A stretch of 64,000 bases of DNA. Origin: Eledone cirrhosa. Its lineage: Eukaryota. Shown here in pieces: positions 14,500 to 30,400 of the stretch; positions within the stretch are counted from its first letter, which is position 1; each line of letters starts with the position of its first letter. Location: assembly GCA_964016885.1 (NCBI GenBank), contig OZ024744.1, forward strand, positions 120,404,001 through 120,468,000. The letters are read 5' to 3'. The notes below the pieces were generated by a model. The model was not told the DNA's origin, did not search any database, and saw nothing but the letters and a program-made list of their open reading frames with translations. Made by a program: the position numbers and the translations under genes.

Positions 14500-17400
14500 C
14501 TCAATTCAGAGATTCTTTCCTGGGACATTCTAACCACATGTCATAGTATTAGAGCTGTGATCTCTCAATTCAGAGCTTCTTTCCTGAGACATTCTTACCA
14601 CATGTCATAGTATCAGAGCTCTGATCTCTCAATTTAGAGATTCTTTCCTGAGACATTCCAACCACATGTCATAGTATCAGAGCTGTGATCTCCCAATTCA
14701 GAGATTCTTTCCTGAGTCATTCTAACCACATGTCATATTATCAGAGCTATGATATCTCAATTGAGAGATTCTTTCCTGAGATATTTTAACCACATATCAT
14801 AGTATCAGAGCTGTCATCTCTCAATTCAGAGATTCTTTCCTGAGACATTCTAACCACATGTCATAGTATCAGAGCTGTGATCTCTCAATTTAGAGATTCT
14901 TTCATGAGATATTCTAACCACATGTCATAATATCAGAGCTATGATCTCTCAATTCAGAGATTCTTTCCTGAGACATTCTAACCACATGTCTGTAGTATCA
15001 GAGCTGTGATCTCTCAATTCAGAGATTCTTTCCTGATACATTATAACCACATGTCATAGTATCAGAGCTGTGATCTCTCAATTTAGATATTCTTTCCTGA
15101 GATATTCTAACCACATGTCATAGTATAAGAGCTGTGATATCTCAATTCAGAGATACTTTCCTGAGACATTCTAACCACATGTCTGTAGTATCAGAGCTGT
15201 GAACTCTCAATTCAGAGATTCTTTCCTGGGACATTCTAACCAAATGTCATAGTATCAGGGCTGTGATCTCTCAATTCAGAGATTCTTTCCTGAGACATTC
15301 TAACCACATGTCATAGTATCAGAGCTGTCATCTCTCAATTAAGAGATTCTTTCCTGAGACATTCTAACCACATGTCATAGTATCAGAGCTATGATCTCTT
15401 AATTTAGAGATTCTTTCATGAGATAATCTAACCACATGTCATAGTATCAGAGCTGTGATCTCTCAATTCAGAGATTCTCTCCTGAGACATTCTAACCACA
15501 TGTCATAGTATTAGCGCTGTGATCTCTCAATTCAGAGATTCTTTCCTGAGAAATTCTAACCACATGTCTGTAGTATCAGAGCTGTGATCTCTCAATTCAG
15601 AGATTCTTTCCTGAGACGTTCTAACTCCATATCCACAGTAACAGAGCTGTGATCTCTCAATTCAGAGATTCTTTCCTGAGACATTCTTACCACATGTCAT
15701 AGTATCAGAGCTGTGATCTCTCAATTTAGAGATTCTTTCATGAGATATTCTAACCACATATCATATTATCAGATCTGTGATCTCTCAATTCAGAGATTCT
15801 TTCCTGAGATATTCTAACCACATGTCATAGTATCAGAGCTGTGATCTCTCAATTCAGATATTCTTTCCTGAGACATTCTAACCACATGTCATAGTATCGG
15901 ATCTGTGATCTCTCAATTCAAAGATTCTTTCCTGGGACATTCTAACCACATGTCATAGTATTAGAGCTGTGATCTCTCAATTCAGAGCTTCTTTCCTGAG
16001 ACATTCTTACCACATGTCATAGTATCAGGGCTGTGATCTCTCAATTTAGAGATTCTTTCCTGAGACATTCCAACCACATGTCATAGTATCAGAGCTGTGA
16101 TCTCTCAATTCAGAGATTCTTTCCTGAGACATTCTAACCACATGTCATATTATCAGAGCTATGATATCTCAATTGAGAGATTCTTTCCTGAGATATTTTA
16201 ACCACATATCATAGTATCAGAGCTGTCATCTCTCAATTCAGAGATTCTTTCCTGAGACATTCTAACCACATGTCATAGTATCAGAGCTGTGATCTCTCAA
16301 TTTAGAGATTCTTTCATGAGATATTCTAACCACATGTCATAATATCAGAGCTATGATCTCTCAATTCAGAGATTCTTTCCTGAGACATTCTAACCACATG
16401 TCTGTAGTATCAGAGCTGTGATCTCTCAATTCAGAGATTCTTTCCTGATACATTATAACCACATGTCATAGTATCAGAGCTGTGATCTCTCAATTTAGAT
16501 ATTCTTTCCTGAGATATTCTAACCACATGTCATAGTATAAGAGCTGTGATATCTCAATTCAGAGATTCTTTCCTGAGACATTCTAACCACATGTCTGTAG
16601 TATCAGAGCTGTGATCTCTCAATTCAGAGATTCTTTACTGATACATTATAACCACATGTCATAGTATCAGAGCTGTGATCTCTCAATTTAGATATTCTTT
16701 CCTGAGATATTCTAACCACATGTCATAGTATAAGAGCTGTGATATCTCAATTCAGAGATACTTTCCTGAGACATTCTAACCACATGTCTGTAGTATCAGA
16801 GCTGTGAACTCTCAATTCAGAGATTCTTTCCTGGGACATTCTAACCAAATGTCATAGTATCAGGACTGTGATCTCTCAATTCAGAGATTCTTTCCTGAGA
16901 CATTCTAACCACATGTCATAGTATCAGAGCTGTCATCTCTCAATTAAGAGATTCTTTCCTGAGACATTCTAACCACATGTCATAGTATCAGAGCTATGAT
17001 CTCTTAATTTAGAGATTCTTTCATGAGATAATCTAACCACATGTCATAGTATCAGAGCTGTGATCTCTCAATTCAGAGATTCTCTCCTGAGACATTCTAA
17101 CCACATGTCATAGTATTAGAGCTGTGATCTCTCAATTCAGAGATTCTTTCCTGAGAAATTCTAACCACATGTCTGTAGTATCAGAGCTGTGATCTCTCAA
17201 TTCAGAGATTCTTTCCTGAGACGTTCTAACTCCATATCCACAGTAACAGAGCTGTGATCTCTCAATTCAGAGATTCTTTCCTGAGACATTCTTACCACAT
17301 GTCATAGTATCAGAGCTGTGATCTCTCAATTTAGAGATTCTTTCATGAGATATTCTAACCACATATCATATTATCAGATCTGTGATCTCTCAATTCAGAG

Positions 17401-20350
17401 ATTCTTTCCTGAGATATTCTAACCACATGTCATAGTATCAGAGCTGTGATCTCTCAATTCAGATATTCTTTCCTGAGACATTCTAACCACATGTCATAGT
17501 ATCGGATCTGTGATCTCTCAATTCAGAGATTCTTTCCTGGGACATTCTAACCACATGTCATAGTATTAGAGCTGTGATCTCTCAATTCAGAGCTTCTTTC
17601 CTGAGACATTCTTACCACATGTCATAGTATCAGAGCTGTGATCTCTCAATTTAGAGATTCTTTCCTGAGACATTCCAACCACATGTCATAGTATCAGAGC
17701 TGTGATCTCTCAATTCAGAGATTCTTTCCTGAGACATTCTAACCACATGTCATATTATCAGAGCTATGATATCTCAATTGAGAGATTCTTTCCTGAGATA
17801 TTTTAACCACATATCATAGTATCAGAGCTGTCATCTCTCAATTCAGAGATTCTTTCCTGAGACATTCTAACCACATGTCATAGTATCAGAGCTGTGATCT
17901 CTCAATTTAGAGATTCTTTCATGAGATATTCTACCCACATGTCATAATATCAGAGCTATGATCTCTCAATTCAGAGATTCTTTCCTGAGACATTCTAACC
18001 ACATGTCTGTAGTATCAGAGCTGTGATCTCTCAATTCAGAGATTCTTTCCTGATACATTATAACCACATGTCATAGTATCAGAGCTGTGATCTCTCAATT
18101 TAGATATTCTTTCCTGAGATATTCTAACCACATGTCATAGTATAAGAGCTGTGATATCTCAATTCAGAGATTCTTTCCTGAGACATTCTAACCACATGTC
18201 TGTAGTATCAGAGCTGTGATCTCTCAATTCAGAGATTCTTTACTGATACATTATAACCACATGTCATAGTATCAGAGCTGTGATCTCTCAATTTAGATAT
18301 TCTTTCCTGAGATATTCTAACCACATGTCATAGTATAAGAGCTGTGATATCTCAATTCAGAGATACTTTCCTGAGACATTCTAACCACATGTCTGTAGTA
18401 TCAGAGCTGTGAACTCTCAATTCAGAGATTCTTTCCTGGGACATTCTAACCAAATGTCATAGTATCAGGACTGTGATCTCTCAATTCAGAGATTCTTTCC
18501 TGAGACATTCTAACCACATGTCATAGTATCAGAGCTGTCATCTCTCAATTAAGAGATTCTTTCCTGAGACATTCTAACCACATGTCATAGTATCAGAGCT
18601 ATGATCTCTTAATTTAGAGATTCTTTCATGAGATAATCTAACCACATGTCATAGTATCAGAGCTGTGATCTCTCAATTCAGAGATTCTCTCCTGAGACAT
18701 TCTAACCACATGTCATAGTATTAGAGCTGTGATCTCTCAATTCAGAGATTCTTTCCTGAGAAATTCTAACCACATGTCTGTAGTATCAGAGCTGTGATCT
18801 CTCAATTCAGAGATTCTTTCCTGAGACGTTCTAACTCCATATCCACAGTAACAGAGCTGTGATCTCTCAATTCAGAGATTCTTTCCTGAGACATTCTTAC
18901 CACATGTCATAGTATCAGAGCTGTGATCTCTCAATTTAGAGATTCTTTCATGAGATATTCTAACCACATATCATATTATCAGATCTGTGATCTCTCAATT
19001 CAGAGATTCTTTCCTGAGATATTCTAACCACATGTCATAGTATCAGAGCTGTGATCTCTCAATTCAGATATTCTTTCCTGAGACATTCTAACCACATGTC
19101 ATAGTATCGGATCTGTGATCTCTCAATTCAGAGATTCTTTCCTGGGACATTCTAACCACATGTCATAGTATTAGAGCTGTGATCTCTCAATTCAGAGCTT
19201 CTTTCCTGAGACATTCTTACCACATGTCATAGTATCAGAGCTGTGATCTCTCAATTTAGAGATTCTTTCCTGAGACATTCCAACCACATGTCATAGTATC
19301 AGAGCTGTGATCTCTCAATTCAGAGATTATTTCCTGAGACATTCTAACCACATGTCATATTATCAGAGCTATGATATCTCAATTGAGAGATTCTTTCCTG
19401 AGATATTTTAACCACATATCATAGTATCAGAGCTGTCATCTCTCAATTCAGAGATTCTTTCCTGAGACATTCTAACCACATGTCATAGTATCAGAGCTGT
19501 GATCTCTCAATTTAGAGATTCTTTCATGAGATATTCTAACCACATGTCATAATATCAGAGCTATGATCTCTCAATTCAGAGATTCTTTCCTGAGACATTC
19601 TAACCACATGTCTGTAGTATCAGAGCTGTGATCTCTCAATTCAGAGATTCTTTCCTGATACATTATAACCACATGTCATAGTATCAGAGCTGTGATCTCT
19701 CAATTTAGATATTCTTTCCTGAGATATTCTAACCACATGTCATAGTATAAGAGCTGTGATATCTCAATTCAGAGATACTTTCCTGAGACATTCTAACCAC
19801 ATGTCTGTAGTATCAGAGCTGTGAACTCTCAATTCAGTGATTCTTTCCTGGGACATTCTAACCAAATGTCATAGTATCAGGGCTGTGATCTCTCAATTCA
19901 GAGATTCTTTCCTGAGACATTCTAACCACATGTCATAGTATCAGAGCTGTCATCTCTCAATTAAGAGATTCTTTCCTGAGACATTCTAACCACATGTCAT
20001 AGTATCAGAGCTATGATCTCTTAATTTAGAGATTCTTTCATGAGATAATCTAACCACATGTCATAGTATCAGAGCTGTGATCTCTCAATTCAGAGATTCT
20101 CTCCTGAGACATTCTAACCACATGTCATAGTATTAGAGCTGTGATCTCTCAATTCAGAGATTCTTTCCTGAGAAATTCTAACCACATGTCTGTAGTATCA
20201 GAGCTGTGATCTCTCAATTCAGAGATTCTTTCCTGAGACGTTCTAACTCCATATCCACAGTAACAGAGCTGTGATCTCTCAATTCAGAGATTCTTTCCTG
20301 AGACATTCTTACCACATGTCATAGTATCAGAGCTGTGATCTCTCAATTTA
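14500..20350. repeat. Tandem 22/25-monomer higher-order repeat (1605, 1605, 1412 bp)
   Basis: The gtaacagag marker (acagag at 15641, 17246, 18851, 20263) gives spacings 1605, 1605, 1412. The 1412 spacing recurs at 22189 to 23601. Confidence 0.88.
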
Positions 20351-23300
20351 GAGATTCTTTCCTGAGATATTCTAACCACATGTCATAGTATCAGAGCTGT
20401 GATCTCTCAATTCAGAGATTCTCTCCTGAGACATTCTAACCACATGTCATAGTATTAGAGCTGTGATCTCTCAATTCATAGATTCTTTCCTGAGAAATTC
20501 TAACCACATGTCTGTAGTATCAGAGCTGTGATCTCTCAATTCAGAGATTCTTTCCTGAGACATTCTAACTCCATGTCCACAGTATCAGAGCTGTGATCTC
20601 TCAATTCAGTGATTCTTCCCTGAGACGTTCTAACCACATGTCATATTATCAGTGCTGTGATCTCTCAATTCAGAGATTCTTTCATGAGATATTCTAACCA
20701 TATGTCATAGTATCAGAGCTGTGATCTCTCAATTCAGAGATTCTTTCCTGGGATATTCTAACAACATGTCATAGTATCAGAGCTGTCATCTCTCAATTCA
20801 GATATTCTTTCCTGAGACATTCTAACCACATGTCATAGTATCAGAGCTGTGATCTCTCAATTTAGAGATTCTTTCATGAGATATTCTAACCACATGTCAT
20901 AGTATCAGATCTGTGATCTCTCAATTCAGAGATTCTTTCCTGAGATATTCTAACCACATGTCATAGTATCAGAGCTGTCATCTCTCAATTAAGAGATTCT
21001 TTCCTGAGACATTCTAACCACATGTCATAGTATCAGAGCTGTGATCTCATAATTTAGAGATTCTTTCATGAGATAATCTAACCACATGTCATAGTATCAG
21101 AGCTGTGATCTCTCTATTCAAAGATTCTCTCCTGAGACATTCTAACCACATGTCATAGTATTAGAGCTGTGATCTCTCAATTCAGAGATTCTTTCCTGAG
21201 AAATTCTAACCACATGTCTGTAGTATCAGAGCTGTGATCTCTCAATTCAGAGATTCTTTCCTCAGACGTTGTAACTCCATATCCACAGTATCAGAGCTGT
21301 GATCTCTCAATTCAGAGATTCTTTCCTGAGACATTCTTACCACATGTCATAGTATCAGAGCTGTGATCTCTCAATTTAGAGATTCTTTCCTGAGACATTC
21401 TAACCACATGTCATAGTATCAGAACTGTGATCTCTTAATTCAGAGATTCTATCCTGAGACATTCTAACCACATGTCATAGTATCAGAGCTGTGATCTCTC
21501 AATTCAGAGATTCTTTCCTGAGATATTCTAACCACATGTCATAGTATCAGAGCTGTGATCTCTCAACTCAGAGATTCTTTCCTGGGATATTCTAACCACA
21601 TGTCATAGTATCAGATCTGTGATCTCTCAATTCAGAGATTCTTTCCTGGGACATTCTAACCACATGTCATAGTGTTAGAGGTGTGATCTCTCAATTCAGA
21701 GCTTCTTTCCTGAGACATTCTTTCCACATGTCATAGTATCAGAGCTGTGATCTCTCAATTTAGAGATTCTTTCCTGAGACATTCTAACCACATGTCATAG
21801 TATCAGAGCTGTGATCTCCCAATTCAGAGATTCTTTCCTGAGACATTCTAACCACATGTCATATTATCAGAGCTGTCATCTCTCAATTGAGAGATTCTTT
21901 CCTGAGACATTCTAACCACATGTCATAGTATCAGAGCTATGATCTCTTAATTTAGAGATTCTTTCATGAGATAATCTAACCACATGTCATAGTATCAGAG
22001 CTGTGATCTCTCAATTCAGAGATTCTCTCCTGAGACATTCTAACCACATGTCATAATATTAGAGCTGTGATCTCTCAATTCAGAGATTCTTTCCTGAGAA
22101 ATTCTAACCACATGTCTGTAGTATCAGAGCTGTGATCTCTCAATTCAGAGATTCTTTCCTGAGACGTTCTAACTCCATATCCACAGTAACAGAGCTGTGA
22201 TCTCTCAATTCAGAGATTCTTTCCTGAGACATTCTTACCACATGTCATAGTATCAGAGCTGTGATCTCTCAATTTAGAGATTCTTTCATGAGATATTCTA
22301 ACCACATGTCATATTATCAGATCTGTGATCTCTCAATTCAGAGATTCTTTCCTGAGATATTCTAACCACATGTCATAGTATCAGAGCTGTGATCTCTCAA
22401 TTCAGATATTCTTTCCTGAGACATTCTAACCACATGTCATAGTATCGGATCTGTGATCTCTCAATTCAGAGATTCTTTTCTGGGACATTCTAACCACATG
22501 TCATAGTATTAGAGCTGTGATCTCTCAATTCAGAGCTTCTTTCCTGAGACATTCTTACCACATGTCATAGTATCAGAGCTGTGATCTCTCAATTTAGAGA
22601 TTCTTTCCTGAGACATTCCAACCACATGTCATAGTATCAGAGCTGTGATCTCTCAATTCAGAGATTCTTTCCTGAGACATTCTAACCACATGTCATATTA
22701 TCAGAGCTATGATATCTCAATTGAGAGATTCTTTCCTGAGATATTTTAACCACATATCATAGTATCAGAGCTGTCATCTCTCAATTCAGAGATTCTTTCC
22801 TGAGACATTCTAACCACATGTCATAGTATCAGAGCTGTGATCTCTCAATTTAGAGATTCTTTCATGAGATATTCTAACCACATGTCATAATATCAGAGCT
22901 ATGATCTCTCAATTCAGAGATTCTTTCCTGAGACATTCTAACCACACGTCTGTAGTATCAGAGCTGTGATCTCTCAATTCAGAGATTCTTTCCTGATACA
23001 TTATAACCACATGTCATAGTATCAGAGCTGTGATCTCTCAATTTAGATATTCTTTCCTGAGATATTCTAACCACATGTCATAGTATAAGAGCTGTGATAT
23101 CTCAATTCAGAGATACTTTCCTGAGACATTCTAACCACATGTCTGTAGTATCAGAGCTGTGATCTCTCAATTCAGAGATTCTTTCCTGGGACATTCTAAC
23201 CAAATGTCATAGTATCAGGGCTGTGATCTCTCAATTCAGAGATTCTTTCCTGAGACATTCTAACCACATGTCATAGTATCAGAGCTGTCATCTCTCAATT

Positions 23301-26300
23301 AAGAGATTCTTTCCTGAGACATTCTAACCACATGTCATAGTATCAGAGCTATGATCTCTTAATTTAGAGATTCTTTCATGAGATAATCTAACCACATGTC
23401 ATAGTATCAGAGCTGTGATCTCTCAATTCAGAGATTCTCTCCTGAGACATTCTAACCACATGTCATAGTATTAGAGCTGTGATCTCTCAATTCAGAGATT
23501 CTTTCCTGAGAAATTCTAACCACATGTCTGTAGTATCAGAGCTGTGATCTCTCAATTCAGAGATTCTTTCCTGAGACGTTCTAACTCCATATCCACAGTA
23601 ACAGAGCTGTGATCTCTCAATTCAGAGATTCTTTCCTGAGACATTCTTACCACATGTCATAGTATCAGAGCTGTGATCTCTCAATTTAGAGATTCTTTCA
23701 TGAGATATTCTAACCACATGTCATAGTATCAGATCTGTGATCTCTCAATTCAGAGATTCTTTCCTGAGATATTCTAACCACATGTCATAGTATCAGAGCT
23801 GTGATCTCTCAATTCAGAGATTCTCTCCTGAGACATTCTAACCACATGTCATAGTATTAGAGCTGTGATCTCTCAATTCATAGATTCTTTCCTGAGAAAT
23901 TCTAACCACATGTCTGTAGTATCAGAGCTGTGATCTCTCAATTCAGAGATTCTTTCCTGAGACATTCTAACTCCATGTCCACAGTATCAGAGCTGTGATC
24001 TCTCAATTCAGTGATTCTTCCCTGAGACGTTCTAACCACATGTCATATTATCAGTGCTGTGATCTCTCAATTCAGAGATTCTTTCATGAGATATTCTAAC
24101 CATATGTCATAGTATCAGAGCTGTGATCTCTCAATTCAGAGATTCTTTCCTGGGATATTCTAACAACATGTCATAGTATCAGAGCTGTCATCTCTCAATT
24201 CAGATATTCTTTCCTGAGACATTCTAACCACATGTCATAGTATCAGAGCTGTGATCTCTCAATTTAGAGATTCTTTCATGAGATATTCTAACCACATGTC
24301 ATAGTATCAGATCTGTGATCTCTCAATTCAGAGATTCTTTCCTGAGATATTCTAACCACATGTCATAGTATCAGAGCTGTCATCTCTCAATTAAGAGATT
24401 CTTTCCTGAGACATTCTAACCACATGTCATAGTATCAGAGCTGTGATCTCATAATTTAGAGATTCTTTCATGAGATAATCTAACCACATGTCATAGTATC
24501 AGAGCTGTGATCTCTCTATTCAAAGATTCTCTCCTGAGACATTCTAACCACATGTCATAGTATTAGAGCTGTGATCTCTCAATTCAGAGATTCTTTCCTG
24601 AGAAATTCTAACCACATGTCTGTAGTATCAGAGCTGTGATCTCTCAATTCAGAGATTCTTTCCTGAGACCTTGTAACTCCATATCCACAGTATCAGAGCT
24701 GTGATCTCTCAATTCAGAGATTCTTTCCTGAGACATTCTTACCACATGTCATAGTATCAGAGCTGTGATCTCTCAATTTAGAGATTCTTTCCTGAGACAT
24801 TCTAACCACATGTCATAGTATCAGAACTGTGATCTCTTAATTCAGAGATTCTATCCTGAGACATTCTAACCACATGTCATAGTATCAGAGCTGTGATCTC
24901 TCAATTCAGAGATTCTATCCTGAGACATTCTAACCACATGTCATAGTATCAGAGCTGTGATCTCTCAATTCAGAGATTCTTTCCTGAGATATTCTAACCA
25001 CATGTCATAGTATCAGAGCTGTGATCTCTCAACTCAGAGATTCTTTCCTGGGATATTCTAACCACATGTCATAGTATCAGATCTGTGATCTCTCAATTCA
25101 GAGATTCTTTCCTGGGACATTCTAACCACATGTCATAGTATTAGAGGTGTGATCTCTCAATTCAGAGCTTCTTTCCTGAGACATTCTTACCACATGTCAT
25201 AGTATCAGAGCTGTGATCTCTCAATTTAGAGATTCTTTCCTGAGACATTCTAACCACATGTCATAGTATCAGAGCTGTGATCTCTCAATTCAGAGATTCT
25301 TTCCTGAGACATTCTAACCACATGTCATATTATCAGAGCTATGATATCTCAATTGAGAGATTCTTTCCTGAGATATTTTAACCACATATCATAGTATCAG
25401 AGCTGTCATCTCTCAATTCAGAGATTCTTTCCTGAGACATTCTAACCACATGTCATAGTATCAGAGCTGTGATCTCTCAATTTAGAGATTCTTTCATGAG
25501 ATATTCTAACCACATGTCATAATATCAGAGCTATGATATCTCAATTGAGAGATTCTTTCCTGAGATATTTTAACCACATATCATAGTATCAGAGCTGTCA
25601 TCTCTCAATTCAGAGATTCTTTCCTGAGACATTCTAACCACATGTCTGTAGTATCAGAGCTGTGATCTCTCAATTCAGAGATTCTTTCCTGATACATTAT
25701 AACCACATGTCATAGTATCAGAGCTGTGATCTCTCAATTTAGATATTCTTTCCTGAGATATTCTAACCACATGTCATAGTATAAGAGCTGTGATCTCTCA
25801 ATTCAGAGATTCTTTCCTGAGACATTCTAACCACATGTCTGTAGTATCAGAGCTGTGATCTCTCAATTCAGAGATTCTTTCCTGAGACGTACTAACTCCA
25901 TATCCACAGTATCAGAGCTGTGATCTCTCAATTCAGAGATTCTTTCCTGAGACATTCTTACCACATGTCATAGTATCAGAGCTGTGATCTCTCAATTTAG
26001 AGATTCTTTCCTGAGACATTCTAACCACATGTCATAGTATCAGAACTGTGATCTCTCAATTCAGAGATTCTATCCTGAGACATTCTAACCACATGTCATA
26101 GTATCAGAGCTGTGATATCTCAATTTAGAGATTCTTTCATGAGATATTCTAACCACTTGTCATAGTATCAGATCTGTGATCTCTCAATTCAGAGATTCTT
26201 TCCTGAGATATTCTAACCACATTTCATAGTATCAGAGCTGTCATCTCTCAATTCAGTGATTCTTTCCTGAGACATTCTAACCACATGTCATAGTATCAGA

Positions 26301-27428
26301 GCTGTGATCTCTAAATTTAGAGATTCTTTCATGAGATAATCTAACCACATGTCATAGTATTAGAGCTGTGATCTCTCAATTCAGAGCTTCTTTCCTGAGA
26401 CTTTCTTACCACATGTCATATTATCAGAGCTGTGATCTCTCAATTCAAAGATTCTCTCCTGAGACATTCTAACCACATGTCATAGTATCAGAGCTGTGAT
26501 CTCTCAATTTAGAGATTCTTTCATGAGATATTCTAACCACATGTCATAGTATCAGATCTGTGATCTCTCAATTCAGAGATTCTTTCCTGAGATATTCTAA
26601 CCACATGTCATAGTATCAAAGCTGTCATCTCTCAATTAAGAGATTCTTTCCTGAGACATTCTAACCACATGTCATAGTATCAGAGCTGTGATCTCTTAAT
26701 TTAGAGATTCTTTCATGAGATAATCTAACCACATGTCATAGTATCAGAGCTGTGATCTCTCAATTCAAAGATTCTCTCCTGAGACATTCTAACCACATGT
26801 CATAGTATTAGAGCTGTGATCTCTCAATTCAGAGATTCTTTCCTGAGAAATTCTAACCACATGTCTGTAGTATCAGAGCTGTGATCTCTCAATTCAGAGA
26901 TTCTTTCCTGAGAGGTCGTAACTCCATATCCACAGTATCAGAGCTGTGATCTCTTAATTCAGAGACTCTATCCTGAGACATTCTAACCACATGTCATAGT
27001 ATCAGAGCTGTGATCTCTCAATTCAGAGATTCTTTCCTGAGATATTCTAACCACATGTCATAGTATCAGAGCTGTGATCTCTCAATTCAGAGATTCTTTC
27101 CTGAGACATTCTAACCACATATCATAGTATTAGAGCTGGGATCTCTCAATTCAGAGATTCTTTCCTGAGATATTCTAACAACATGTCATAGTATCAGAGC
27201 TGTGATCTCTCAATTCAGAGATTCTTTCATGAGACATTCTAACCACATGTCACAGTATCAGAGCTGTGATATCTCAATTCAGAGATTCTTTCATGAGGCG
27301 TTCTAACTCCATGTCCACAGTATCAGTGCTGTGATCTCTCAATTCAGATATTCTTTCCTGAGATATTCTAAACACATATCATAGTATCAGAGCTGTGATC
27401 TCTCAATTCAGAGATTCTTTCCTGGGAT

Positions 27429-30400
27429 ATTCTAACCACATGTCATAGTATCAGATCTGTGATCTCTCAATTCAGAGATTCTTTCCTGGGATATTCTAAC
27501 CACATGTCATAGTATCAGATCTGTGATCTCTCAATTCAGAGATTCTTTCCTGAGACATTCAAACCACCTGTCTGTAGTATCAGAGCTGTGAACTCTCAAT
27601 TCAGAGATTCTTTCCTGAGACATTCTAACCACATGTCATAGTATCGGAGCTGTGATCTCTCAATTCAGAGACTCTTTCCTGAGATATTCTAACCACATGT
27701 CATAGTATAAGAGCTGTGATCTCTCAATTCAGAGATTCTTTCTTGAGACATTCTAACTCCATGTCCACAGTATCAGAGCTGTGAACTCTTAATTCAGAGA
27801 TTCTTTCCTGAGACATTCTAACCACATGTCACAGTATCAGAGCTGTGATCTCTCAATTCATAGAATCTTTCTTGAGACATTCTTACCACATGTCACAGTA
27901 TCAGAGCTGTGATCTCTCAATTCAGAAATTCTTTCCTGAAACATTCTAAACACATGTCATAGTATCAGAGCTGTGATCTCTCAATTCAGATATTCTTTCC
28001 TGAGATATTCTAACCACATGTCATAGTATCAGATCTGTGATCTCTCAATTCAGAGATTCTTTCCTGAGACATTCTAACCACATGTCTGTAATATCAGAGC
28101 TGTATGCACTCAATTCAGAGATTCTTTCCTGAGACATTCTAACCACATGTCATAGTATCGGAGCTGTGATTTCTCAATTCAGAGACTCTTTCCTGAGATA
28201 TTCTAACCACATGTCATAGTATAAGAGCTGTGATCTCTCAATTCAGAGATTCTTTCTTGAGACATTCTAACTCCTTGTCCACCGTATCAGAGCTGTGAAC
28301 TCTCAATTCAGAGATTCTTTCCTGAGACATTCTAACCACATGTCACAGTATCAGAGCTGTGATCTCTCAATTCAGAGAATCTTTCTTGAGACATTCTAAC
28401 CACATGTCACAGTATCAGAGCTGTGATCTCTCAATTCAGAGATTCTTTCCTGAGACATTCTAAACACATGTCATAGTATCAGAGCTGTGATCTCTCAATT
28501 CAGATATTCTTTCCTGAGATATTCTAACCACATGTCATAGTATAAAATCTGTGATCTCTCAATTCAGAGATTCTTTCTTGAGACATTCTAACTCCATGTC
28601 CACATTATCAGAGCTGTGATATCTCAATTCAGAGATTCTTTCCTTGGACATTCTAACCACATGTCATAGTATCAGTGCTGTGATCTCTCAATTCAGATAT
28701 TCTTTCCTGAGATATTCTAACCACATGTCATAGTATCAAATCTGTGATCTCTCAATTCAGAGATTCTTTCTTGAGACATTCTAACTCCATGTCCACATTA
28801 TCAGAGCTGTGATATCTCAATTCAGAGATTCTTTCCTGAGACATTCTAATCACATGTCTGCAGTATCAGAGCTGTATGCTCTCAATTCAGAGATTCTTTC
28901 CTGAGACATTCTAACCACATGTCATAGTATTGGAGCTGTCATCTCTCAATTCAGAGATTCGTTCCTGAGACATTCTAACTGCATGTCCACAGTATCAGAG
29001 CTGTTAACTCTCAACTCAGAGATTCTTTCCTGAGACATTCTAACCACATGTCATAGTATTAGAGCTGTGATCTCTCAATTTAGAGATTCTTTCCTGAGAC
29101 ATTCTAACCACATGTCATAGTATCAGAGCTGTGATATCTCAATTCAGAGATTCTTTCCTGAGACATTCTAACCACATGTCTGTAGTATCAGAGCAGTATG
29201 CTCTCAATTCAGAGATACTTTCCTGCGACATTCTAACCACATGTCATAGTATCGGAGCTGTCATCTCTTAATTCAGAGATTCTTTCCTGAGACATTCTAA
29301 CCACATGTCATAGTATCAGATCTGTGATCTCTCAATTCAGAGATTCTTTCCTGGGATATTCTAACCACATGTCATAGTATCAGATCTGTGATCTCTCAAT
29401 TCAGAGATTCTTTCCTGAGACATTCAAACCACCTGTCTGTAGTATCAGAGCTGTGAACTCTCAATTCAGAGATTCTTTCCTGAGACATTCTAACCACATG
29501 TCATAGTATCGGAGCTGTGATCTCTCAATTCAGAGACTCTTTCCTGAGATATTCTAACCACATGTCATAGTATAAGAGCTGTGATCTCTCAATTCAGAGA
29601 TTCTTTCTTGAGACATTCTAACTCCATGTCCACAGTATCAGAGCTGTGAACTCTTAATTCAGAGATTCTTTCCTGAGACATTCTAACCACATGTCACAGT
29701 ATCAGAGCTGTGATCTCTCAATTCATAGAATCTTTCTTGAGACATTCTTACCACATGTCACAGTATCAGAGCTGTGATCTCTCAATTCAGAAATTCTTTC
29801 CTGAAACATTCTAAACACATGTCATAGTATCAGAGCTGTGATCTCTCAATTCAGATATTCTTTCCTGAGATATTCTAACCACATGTCATAGTATCAGATC
29901 TGTGATCTCTCAATTCAGAGATTCTTTCCTGAGACATTCTAACCACATGTCTGTAATATCAGAGCTGTATGCACTCAATTCAGAGATTCTTTCCTGAGAC
30001 ATTCTAACCACATGTCATAGTATCGGAGCTGTGATTTCTCAATTCAGAGACTCTTTCCTGAGATATTCTAACCACATGTCATAGTATAAGAGCTGTGATC
30101 TCTCAATTCAGAGATTCTTTCTTGAGACATTCTAACTCCTTGTCCACCGTATCAGAGCTGTGAACTCTCAATTCAGAGATTCTTTCCTGAGACATTCTAA
30201 CCACATGTCACAGTATCAGAGCTGTGATCTCTCAATTCAGAGAATCTTTCTTGAGACATTCTAACCACATGTCACAGTATCAGAGCTGTGATCTCTCAAT
30301 TCAGAGATTCTTTCCTGAGACATTCTAAACACATGTCATAGTATCAGAGCTGTGATCTCTCAATTCAGATATTCTTTCCTGAGATATTCTAACCACATGT

